Assembly (NCBI GenBank): GCA_045633685.1 | Contig: JAZQYU010000057.1 | Coordinates: 16,978 to 80,977 of the forward strand | Source: Acutalibacteraceae bacterium | GTDB lineage: Bacteria > Bacillota > Clostridia > Oscillospirales > Acutalibacteraceae | Direction: 5' to 3' | Length of the DNA: 64,000 nt | In this document: piece by piece, positions 1-7,149 of the stretch | Layout: the number at the start of each line of letters is the position of its first letter | Position numbering within the stretch: position 1 is the first letter of the stretch | Program-made: the position numbers and the translations under genes | Notes under the pieces: model-generated | Told to the model about the DNA's origin: nothing | The model's input: the letters and a program-made list of their open reading frames with translations, nothing else | The model's database searches: none

Positions 1-420
1 TGCCTTCTCTTTGGCTATGCGATCTTTTTCAAGCTGTTTTGCTTTTTCGCGCTTAGCTTTTTCCTTTTCCTTGCGGGCGCGTTCAAGCTGCTCTGCCTTT
101 TCCTTGGCAATGCGTGCTCTCTCCTGCTCCCTTGCGATACGAGCCTGCTCTTTTTCTTTGGCAAGTATGGCAAGACGCTCTTCGCGTTCTTTGGCAAGGC
201 GTGCCTTTTCTTTTTCTTTGCGGGCACGTTCTTTGGCAAGGGCAGCCTCTTTCTCTTTCTGAGCCTTGAGACGAGCCTTTTCTTTGGCAAGACGCTCTTT
301 TTCCTTGGCTTTTTCGCGGGCAATCCTTGCTTTTTCTCTTGCAATTCTGCGGCGCTCCATTTCCTTTTCGTGAGCAATTTTTGCCTTGATTTTATCTTCG
401 ATAGCCTTCTTGCGTGCATT
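1..420 (-). repeat. Low-complexity coding repeat (K/E/R/A-rich, heptad-like AKEKxR units) inside the edge ORF
   Basis: The DNA is dominated by reiterated cttttc/cttggc/ttgcgggc units. The translation is about 140 aa of almost only K, E, R, A and L. Out-of-frame ORFs 11..262(+) and 15..509(-) in the track are by-products of this repeat. Confidence 0.6.
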
Positions 421-1548
421 TTCCTGAGCCAATGCACGGTCGATAGCCTCTTTGATTCTGTTTTCACCGGCAATCTTCTTGCGGCTGATACGCTTAACCT
501 CATCCACAAAAATTCTCTTGATTTCGATTTCGTTCATATCGTAATCAAGAACAAGCTCTTCTGCCAATCTCTTGAGAAGCTTGGGCTTGATTTTTCTCTG
601 CTTAGCCTTTTTAGCCAAAGCATCCTGAGAAACTGTGTTGTTTTTGAGGAGCATATAGTTGGTTGAAATCATCTTATTAAGATGATCCTTGTATTCATCA
701 CTTACCATTTCGTTGGATTCATGAGCAATGATCTCATAACCTACATCACGGTATGACTGAATGAACTGCCACAATTTGAGGCAAGCACGGAAGTTGGGGT
801 TTTTCTGAATAGCGTTCGTTCTCATAATGGGAGGACGAACAGGTGCACAACCGCGAAGCTCCTTCATAAAGCCTGAATGGGCATATTCATTGATAACCTT
901 TTTAATTCTTTCAATTCTCTGGAAAGCCGAAGCGTTTTCACCGTCGATTGTTGCTGTATCCTCAAGGTCGTTTCCGCCTGACTGAGCAGAAACCTCAAGC
1001 TGATAGTGGATTTTTTCTTTGCCGCGAACAACATCGCTTTCCATTTTAAGCGATGCCATATTTTCATCGTCGGCAAGAGAGAAAAGAGCATCATAACGGA
1101 TGTCGATGAACCTGATAAGGTTCTGCATAAGGGTGTAAACAAATCGGTTTTCATAAACCTCAAAGCTTTCTTCACGGAAAACATTGAGAATTTCGTTGGG
1201 GGTAACTGTGTCACCCTCAACCTTTGCAATCATATTTGTATGCTGGGCAAGATGGCGTACAGATTCTGCCGTAATTTTTCTCGCTCTTTCTATGGGAACA
1301 ATTTCCTCTTCCTGAACGATAAACTTACGGGGAACACGGATGATATTGTCAAGAGGAATAATACAGGCCTCAATTTCTTCAACCCATGTTAAATCTATTT
1401 TCTTTTCGAAATATCTGTTAAACAGGGAGTAGCTGGTCTTACCACGGTCAATAATGTCATCCATTGTTTCATAGAACTGATTATCTGTGGTAAGGGCATC
1501 CATACTCTCTTTATATTCCAAAAATAATTCAAGATATGATTTATCCAT
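1..1548 (-). CDS. Large partner protein of the adjacent McrB-like GTPase. It has an N-terminal globular region (DUF2357/McrC-N-like by recollection) followed by a Lys/Glu/Arg/Ala-rich coiled-coil tail. The C-terminus lies beyond the window.
   Basis: This ORF is not in the supplied track. Reading forward triplets 1-3, 4-6 ... 1546-1548 I find no tta/cta/tca, so the minus frame is open for all 516 codons from ATG (1548-1546, AAAGG just upstream) to the window edge. It starts MDKSYLELFLEYKESMDAL and contains FEVYENRFVYTLMQNLIRFI. At the edge it is still reading AKEKARLKAQKEKEAALAKERARKEKEKARLAKERE. It lies 39 nt downstream of the AAA gene on the same strand. Confidence 0.7.
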   Translation of the reverse strand, partial: MDKSYLELFLEYKESMDALTTDNQFYETMDDIIDRGKTSYSLFNRYFEKKIDLTWVEEIEACIIPLDNIIRVPRKFIVQEEEIVPIERARKITAESVRHLAQHTNMIAKVEGDTVTPNEILNVFREESFEVYENRFVYTLMQNLIRFIDIRYDALFSLADDENMASLKMESDVVRGKEKIHYQLEVSAQSGGNDLEDTATIDGENASAFQRIERIKKVINEYAHSGFMKELRGCAPVRPPIMRTNAIQKNPNFRACLKLWQFIQSYRDVGYEIIAHESNEMVSDEYKDHLNKMISTNYMLLKNNTVSQDALAKKAKQRKIKPKLLKRLAEELVLDYDMNEIEIKRIFVDEVKRISRKKIAGENRIKEAIDRALAQENARKKAIEDKIKAKIAHEKEMERRRIAREKARIAREKAKEKERLAKEKARLKAQKEKEAALAKERARKEKEKARLAKEREERLAILAKEKEQARIAREQERARIAKEKAEQLERARKEKEKAKREKAKQLEKDRIAKEKA

Positions 1549-1587
1549 CTGACCTTTTGCCCCTTTGCGGTTAATTTACTAAGGCTT

Positions 1588-3141
1588 TTACATAAGCTTC
1601 TGGAGTCTGAGAAGATATTCCTTAGATTCCATCATATTTGACTTACCGAAATGCTTGTTGAGGTAAGTGATAAGTCCGTCAATTTCATCGCGGATGAATG
1701 AAAGGTTCAAGCTTTCAAACTTACGGAGAATCTTGTGGCAAAGAACGAAGTCGATGCCATCGATTTCAGTTCCGCCGCAGCCAACATAAGCAGGAACAAA
1801 TTCCTTGAGCTGCTTAACGATACGGTTACCGAAAGCAAGACGGAAATGTTCGATAACATAGTCATCAAGCTCTTCAATCTTACGGAGGTTTTCGTCTGAA
1901 ACCTTATGGATTTCCTGACATTCTTTAAACATAGCTTCAAGATGCTTGTAGCTGAGGGGAAGCCATTCTGTGTAAGGAGCATCAAATGCTTTACCCTTAC
2001 TGTTGATGTCAATGGGAATAGCACGGTCATAAACCTTATCGGAAACGGCGAAAGTAGAGTCGTCGTTGTTGATTGTGCCGATGTACCACATATTTTCGGG
2101 AAGCTTGAGCTTACCGTCGAAAAGATGCTTGGGGTCGGTGGGCCATACGCTGGGAACAAGGGATACAACCCATTCTTCTCTGGTAGGCATCTCGAGGATT
2201 GAAAGAAGCTCCGCGAAGTAATACTCAACACGGGCAATGTTCATTTCGTCGAGAACGGTGATGTAGATTTCTTCTTTATAGGTTGCTTCATACATCTTCT
2301 TGAGAACTTCGGTTTCGTTGAATCTCTTTGTGAATTCGTTGAAGTAACCGAAAATTTCAGTACGGTCACGCCATGAAGGCTGAACTGAAGCAATGATTGC
2401 AGGGTTTCTTAAGAATTTACCCCAAGCGTAAGCAAGTGAGGTTTTACCTGTACCCGAAATACCCTGAAGAATGATAAGTCTTGTGGTTGCAAATGATGCA
2501 AGGAAAAGACGGATAAGCTTGGGCTCATAATAAAGATGAAGCTGTGAGCAAGCGAAATTACGGAATCTGTCAACGATTTCGGGAAGAGTGATTTCGTTAT
2601 CGAAATCGGGAGCAACATAGTTTTCAATCTCGATGTCAACCTGTGTACATTTGTAGAAACGGCTGTAGTCATCGGCTGTCTTGTCAACCTCGTCAGACTT
2701 CTCTTCCTTTTCTTCATTCTTCTTCTCTTCATATTCTTCATAGGGACTTTCACCGGGCTTGAGACCAAGCTGTGAAACCTTCATAGCAAGAATTCTTTCT
2801 TTTTCGGAAGAAAGCTTGATGATTTCACGGTTAAGATTGCCCACTTCATTAAGAAGTTCTTCCTGGTCAACGATTGTCTTGCGTACTCTGACATATTTTT
2901 TAACGAGAATAACAATCAGAATAACGATAACTGCAAGAATTGCAACAGTTGCAACAACTGTGAGAATTGCAATAATCCAATCTACTGCAGTGAAATCGGC
3001 TGAATTTGCCTTAAAAATGTTTATGTAGGCAGGAACATTGAACATATTTACTATGCCCATTCCGATACCCTTGAAAATGCCGAATAAGCCCTGAACAAAG
3101 AACTGATTCAGAAATTCAGATATAAAGGTTGTAACTGTCAT
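1588..3141 (-). CDS. Membrane-anchored McrB-family (AAA_5) GTPase/ATPase with a coiled-coil linker
   Basis: Walker A is LILQGISGTGKTS and Walker B is YITVLDEMNIARVEYYFAELLSILE. IGTINNDDSTFAVSDKVYDRA matches the McrB MNxxDR/NTAD-type box. The N-terminus has a hydrophobic stretch plus a clear TM helix (WIIAILTVVATVAILAVIVILIVILV). This is followed by a coiled-coil (DQEELLNEVGNLNREIIKLSSEKERIL) and an acidic linker. Confidence 0.8.
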   Translation of the reverse strand: MTVTTFISEFLNQFFVQGLFGIFKGIGMGIVNMFNVPAYINIFKANSADFTAVDWIIAILTVVATVAILAVIVILIVILVKKYVRVRKTIVDQEELLNEVGNLNREIIKLSSEKERILAMKVSQLGLKPGESPYEEYEEKKNEEKEEKSDEVDKTADDYSRFYKCTQVDIEIENYVAPDFDNEITLPEIVDRFRNFACSQLHLYYEPKLIRLFLASFATTRLIILQGISGTGKTSLAYAWGKFLRNPAIIASVQPSWRDRTEIFGYFNEFTKRFNETEVLKKMYEATYKEEIYITVLDEMNIARVEYYFAELLSILEMPTREEWVVSLVPSVWPTDPKHLFDGKLKLPENMWYIGTINNDDSTFAVSDKVYDRAIPIDINSKGKAFDAPYTEWLPLSYKHLEAMFKECQEIHKVSDENLRKIEELDDYVIEHFRLAFGNRIVKQLKEFVPAYVGCGGTEIDGIDFVLCHKILRKFESLNLSFIRDEIDGLITYLNKHFGKSNMMESKEYLLRLQKLM

Positions 3142-3185
3142 TTTTGGTCACCCTCTTATGATTTATGTGAATATGTGAATGTTAA

Positions 3186-3896
3186 TTAGTCATCTGAACC
3201 GCCGGATTTTTTCTCAGCCTCCTGCTGAGCAAGGTATTCTTCAATAGCCTGGCGCTTAACGTCATCAGAAATTTTCTCGGCCTTTGCTGTCATAAACATT
3301 GCAATAAGCTTATATACCTGCCAGATGAAGAAGAGAGCCAAGGGGATAATTACGCAAATCATAAAGCCGAGCTGGCTCTGAAGGAAATCAAGAGCATTGC
3401 CGAAGCCGCTGATTGTGAGACCTTTGACATAATTTCCGCTTTCATCAACACCCGCGCCGATCTGCTTGGCAACAACATCGTCGGGATAAACCTTCTGGTT
3501 ATCCTCTGTTTCCATAGCGTCACCCTTAGTCACATAGTAGTGAACAGAGCCGTCGTTATAAAGCTGCACATCAAGAATTCTATGGGTATTGAAGCCCCTG
3601 ACTGTGTTACCGGCCGCATCCTGCATAAGGGTATAGAAGGTGATAACATCACCGATTTTAAGCTCCTCCTGGGGAACTTTCACTTCCTTGGCGATGATAA
3701 GGTCACCTTTACCGATTGTGGGACTCATTGAATCTGTCTGAACCGAGAACGGAGTGTAGCCGGCTACATTGCCGATACCTGTTCCTGAGCTCTTTGATGT
3801 GAAGGTCATTACGGTTATAGCGATAGCTACAACGATAAGAATAACCAACAAAACGTCTGAAATAACGCCTAAAATACTTTTACCTTTCTGTTCCAT
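3186..3896 (-). CDS. sipW: Signal peptidase I, SipW (ER/archaeal) type, with a C-terminal TM extension
   Basis: It has an N-terminal TM helix. The catalytic Ser box is QTDSMSPTIGKGDLIIAK, the His box is FNTHRI, and the GD box is VTKGDAMETED. A second TM helix lies near the C-terminus, as in SipW. Confidence 0.85.
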   Translation of the reverse strand: MEQKGKSILGVISDVLLVILIVVAIAITVMTFTSKSSGTGIGNVAGYTPFSVQTDSMSPTIGKGDLIIAKEVKVPQEELKIGDVITFYTLMQDAAGNTVRGFNTHRILDVQLYNDGSVHYYVTKGDAMETEDNQKVYPDDVVAKQIGAGVDESGNYVKGLTISGFGNALDFLQSQLGFMICVIIPLALFFIWQVYKLIAMFMTAKAEKISDDVKRQAIEEYLAQQEAEKKSGGSDD

Positions 3897-3984
3897 TTAA
3901 CATTCACCTCATATTTTAATTGCTGACTGAAAAAGTCATTTACAGGCATTTTTGCAAATATCTGTAAATCGCTCTTTCAGGGAG

Positions 3985-4064
3985 GGAAAAGAGGAACGGC
4001 GCCTTCCGACGACGCCGTTCCTTAAACGGCGAGGATCCGGCGGAGCAGAGCAACTACTCCGCCG
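3985..4064 (-). terminator. Two consecutive GC-rich hairpins between the secreted-protein gene and sipW (a partial terminator or attenuator)
   Basis: On the minus strand, GGCGGAG..CTCCGCC spans about 4038-4064. It is followed by GGAACGGCG..CGCCGTTCC (3993-4021) and then TCTTTTCCC. Confidence 0.45.
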
Positions 4065-4119
4065 TGAAATTAAATTAGATTATGTTTTGTTTAAGTCAGA
4101 TCTGTATAATCCGTAAGGA

Positions 4120-5076
4120 TTAGTCGATTGTGAACTTAAGAGCTGCTGTAAGAGATGCACCTGAAACTGAGTTCAAGCAGTCAACGTCCTGACCTTCAAC
4201 CCAGATGTAAACTCTTACTTTTGTGATACCGGCGCTGAGACTAAAAGCCTTAGCTGAAGCATCAGCTGTGTCTGCAATCTGTTTGCAATTGAGCGCAACT
4301 TCGTTACCAGAAGCATTTATAACACCATTTACTGTGTTAAGATTGTTGGCGCCAGCACCTCTGTATAAAGCTTTTGTCTGCAATGCACCGGAAGCAATAC
4401 CAAGAGCTGTGGCATCATCTGAACGATTAACAGAATCAACTTCATAAACAACATTCTTTGTGCCAGCTGCAAATGAATTAAGAGCCTGTGCGGTAGCCGC
4501 ATCAGTACCGATAGCTACTGTTCCCAAAGGAGTAAATGCCACACGGAGAGCTGTGTTGATTTTTGAATTACTCTTGTCAGTAAACACTGAGTCACCGAAT
4601 TTAACAGTCTGGGGCTCTGCGACCTTGAAGAAAAGGTCAAAAGCTACGATTCCGGCTGCATCCTGACTTTCTTTGCTCTGAGTAACAGCTGTAATTGTAG
4701 CTTTAGCTGCGTCATTCAAAGATGCCTTAAAGAAGTTTGCATAACCTGTTGCTGAATCAGCGCCTGCAAAAGCAGATGAAACAGGGATAAGGTCTGCGGG
4801 ATAAAGGTTGTTGTTACCTTCATAAGCATCGTAACGACCTTTTGTGTTGGGGTCTGTGTCGAAAATTTCGTCAACGGAAAGGCTTGCTGTCCATGCAGAT
4901 GCGTTAGCTGAAATCTGAATACCTTCAGGAGATGAAACTGTGAGGTCCATAGAATCAACTGAAGCTTCTTTACTCATGGAGAACCAAGCGAACGTTGAAG
5001 ATGTGAGAACGATAGCTGAAACGATAAGCATAGCAATCGCTGACACAAACGCACGTTTTTTGATTGTCTTTTTCAT
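4120..5076 (-). CDS. Secreted protein with a SipW-dependent-type signal peptide (TasA/camelysin-like cargo, probable major fibre or matrix subunit)
   Basis: The start is taken at ATG 5076 (GGAGGT RBS). The N-terminus MKKTIKKRAFVSAIAMLIVSAIVLTSSTFAWFSM resembles the TasA/CalY signal (GGTFAYFSD). The protein is Ala/Thr/Ser/Asn-rich and has a C-terminal VRVYIWVEGQDVDC motif. Confidence 0.7.
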   Translation of the reverse strand: MKKTIKKRAFVSAIAMLIVSAIVLTSSTFAWFSMSKEASVDSMDLTVSSPEGIQISANASAWTASLSVDEIFDTDPNTKGRYDAYEGNNNLYPADLIPVSSAFAGADSATGYANFFKASLNDAAKATITAVTQSKESQDAAGIVAFDLFFKVAEPQTVKFGDSVFTDKSNSKINTALRVAFTPLGTVAIGTDAATAQALNSFAAGTKNVVYEVDSVNRSDDATALGIASGALQTKALYRGAGANNLNTVNGVINASGNEVALNCKQIADTADASAKAFSLSAGITKVRVYIWVEGQDVDCLNSVSGASLTAALKFTID

Positions 5077-5234
5077 ATCTTTACCTCCATAAAGATTTCG
5101 CATGCCTTGGCGACCGTTAACCCGTCGCCAAATCATTCGTTTAATTTATATCCTGTGTGTTGAAAAATTTTGAATCGGAATCAAGGAAAAGTGTTTGCCC
5201 AGGGTAAGTCAAAGGTTGCTCCTTTTCACTCCTC

Positions 5235-6020
5235 CTACGCAGCCTCGCCGCTGTCATCAAGTGTTTCAATGAGCTTTAAGTCCATCGAAAACTTGATCTC
5301 TCCCTCAAGAATATCATCAACACACTCGGGATCATCTCCTTCGAACCAGATCGCAACCGTGTAACGGTCAACTGAACCTGCTTCGAAATTATCGTTAGAA
5401 AATCCGGCTACCTGCCTGTTGCTAACGAAGTTTTTGTCAGCGTACACTTCAAGCACGCTTGTGCTGCCAAGAACCGGCTTTGCAAACACCGTTGACTCGC
5501 CGTTGTGTGTTACCATAACGCGGACTGCTTCATCTGCGCCCTGAGTAACGCTGTTAACATTGAGCTTTGCAGTATAACCTGCATTTTCGGTGCCCGTGTT
5601 CTTAACATAAAATGAATATGTAAAGTAGTACATTCCGTCTTCTGTGAGGAAATTATGAGAACCGTCATAATCATTTATATCTTCCGGAAGAAGCGGGTAT
5701 GTACCCTCTCTCATATTTTCAAACACGCTGCCTTCAAGAATCCTTGCAGGGTTGTCAAAATCCGGCGTTTCGCTGATTGCGATACCTGCGTTGAAGGCGT
5801 CTGCATTTGTTGTAACGGTAAAATTACCTGTGTTTATATATGTTGTGCAAGCAAACAAGCCAAAGAGGAAAAGCAACAATATAATAAGTATAATAGTCAG
5901 AATTCTGATAAGTGCTTCTCTCTTGTTGAGTTTTTTGGAGCTTGTTTTGACCGTGTATTTGCCCATCTTGTCGTTTGTGGCAGATACCGGCTGTGCATCT
6001 TTTTTGTTTTTCTTTGCCAA
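5235..6020 (-). CDS. Membrane-anchored paralog of the secreted protein (a possible anchor or minor subunit)
   Basis: TTG start at 6020 with AAAGGAG 9 nt upstream. It has a K-rich cytoplasmic N-terminus and one TM helix (ILTIILIILLLFLFGLFA). It shares FxFxVKN-like, RV-strand and C-terminal motifs (YTVAIWFEGDDPECVDD) with 4120..5076. Confidence 0.6.
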   Translation of the reverse strand: MAKKNKKDAQPVSATNDKMGKYTVKTSSKKLNKREALIRILTIILIILLLFLFGLFACTTYINTGNFTVTTNADAFNAGIAISETPDFDNPARILEGSVFENMREGTYPLLPEDINDYDGSHNFLTEDGMYYFTYSFYVKNTGTENAGYTAKLNVNSVTQGADEAVRVMVTHNGESTVFAKPVLGSTSVLEVYADKNFVSNRQVAGFSNDNFEAGSVDRYTVAIWFEGDDPECVDDILEGEIKFSMDLKLIETLDDSGEAA

Positions 6021-6037
6021 TGCAACCCGCTCCTTTC

Positions 6038-6778
6038 TTATACGATTGATTTCTCGTTTCCGGGTTTGCCGTAAAACGTACCTTTAAGCTGGTCAACACC
6101 AAGCTTTTTAAGAAGCTCTGCTTTTTCAGCGGTGTCAATGCCGTCAACCCTTGTTTCAACCTCAATCTTCTTTGCAAAATCGATAAGACCCTGCACCATA
6201 TTCTGTGTGCGTTCGCTTTCCATAATATCTTCAATCAATGAAGCGTGAATGCCGATATAATCAACTTCATAATGGCTGAGGTTGCTCAATGATGTATATT
6301 CAAGACCCAGATCATCAATTGAAACCTTGAAGCCAAGCTCGCGGCAAGCTTTGATGTTTGCAAGAATCTGTTCTTTGTCAGCTTCAAGAATGCTCTGAGT
6401 GATGTTGAAGCAGAATCTGTCGGGCTTAATGCCGTGCTTGTCGAGGATTTTCATAATCTGAGGCACGAAGTTCTTTTTGCAGATGTGCTTAACGGAAATC
6501 CATACTATAAAGGAATTCACGTCAGCCTCTCTTGCTTCGCAACGCTTGATAACCTCACAGCATTCCTCAATTGCCCACAAATCAAGCTGACAAATCTGAC
6601 TTGACTTCTCTGCAATGGGAATGAAAATATCTGGCAGAATAACACCAACGGTTTTATCGTTGATTCTCATGGAAATTTCATAATCAATTGCCATATTAAG
6701 GTGAATATCAAACACCGGCTGGAAAGAAAGCTCGATCGGTCTGAGTCTTCCTGTTCCGTTGGATTTTTTCTGTTCCAT
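6038..6778 (-). CDS. Stand-alone EAL-domain protein with degenerate catalytic motifs (a candidate c-di-GMP receptor rather than a phosphodiesterase)
   Basis: EAL-fold landmarks are present: YEISMR (the EALxR position), PIAEKS, and SIDDLGLEYTSLSNL (the DDFGTGYSSL position). However, the ExxE position reads NITQS, KID reads GIH, EGVE reads VDGID and QG reads KG. Confidence 0.75.
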   Translation of the reverse strand: MEQKKSNGTGRLRPIELSFQPVFDIHLNMAIDYEISMRINDKTVGVILPDIFIPIAEKSSQICQLDLWAIEECCEVIKRCEAREADVNSFIVWISVKHICKKNFVPQIMKILDKHGIKPDRFCFNITQSILEADKEQILANIKACRELGFKVSIDDLGLEYTSLSNLSHYEVDYIGIHASLIEDIMESERTQNMVQGLIDFAKKIEVETRVDGIDTAEKAELLKKLGVDQLKGTFYGKPGNEKSIV

Positions 6779-6909
6779 AAGCTACCCTCTCTGCCTGAAA
6801 TTAAGAATGTGCAAAAGAATTGGTGAAAGTGCACTTCTGTGTGCAAAATATCTATGCACTCGTCACAAATGGCGCACTACCCCCATTTATCCTTTTATAC
6901 TTATAGTAC

Positions 6910-6939
6910 ACTTTACCACTTTTTTATGCAAATTGTCAA
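6910..6939 (-). promoter_or_regulatory. Candidate sigma-A promoter for the EAL/SipW gene string
   Basis: On the minus strand, TTGACA (6939-6934), an 18-nt spacer, then TAAAGT (6915-6910) preceded by TGG. This leaves a leader of about 125 nt before ATG 6778. Confidence 0.4.
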
Positions 6940-6993
6940 GGGATTTACAGATAAATTTTCATAAAAAGAATATTTTTTCTGAATTGTTTTTAA

Positions 6994-7030
6994 AACAAAA
7001 AAATAGCGGAAAAGCCATAGCCTTTCCGCC
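6994..7030 (-). terminator. Rho-independent terminator downstream of the oxidoreductase gene
   Basis: On the minus strand, GGCGGAAAGG ctat GGCTTTTCCGC is followed by TATTTTTTTGTTTT. Confidence 0.5.
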
Positions 7031-7149
7031 ATTAAATTATAAATCTTTTTCGGGAATATACGTCACCAAGCAGGTGATTTTTTCTTACTTTGTTCTAAGT
7101 TCATTTTTAGCTTGCGTCCGAATAGGTGCCCTTGCCGTATAAAACATTT

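Noticed and set aside
11-509. Track ORFs 11..262 (+, 83 aa) and 15..509 (-, 164 aa)
   Set aside because: Both are alternative frames of the K/E-rich repeat. Their translations are S/R/A/L-rich or K/R-rich nonsense, and they lie entirely inside the longer open frame 1..1548 (-), which has a proper RBS and a globular N-terminal region.
6779-6909. Possible c-di-GMP riboswitch in the 125-nt leader of the EAL operon
   Set aside because: I could not find the conserved GEMM-I/II core elements (tetraloop-receptor helices, ACGCAAAGC-type motifs). Only short GCAC repeats are present, and these are reported separately at low interest.
7063-7084. Hairpin TCACCaagcaGGTGA + TTTTTTC that looks like a plus-strand terminator
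   Set aside because: No plus-strand gene ends upstream of it. It lies in the 3' UTR of the minus-strand oxidoreductase gene, whose own terminator is at 6994-7030. It is probably fortuitous.
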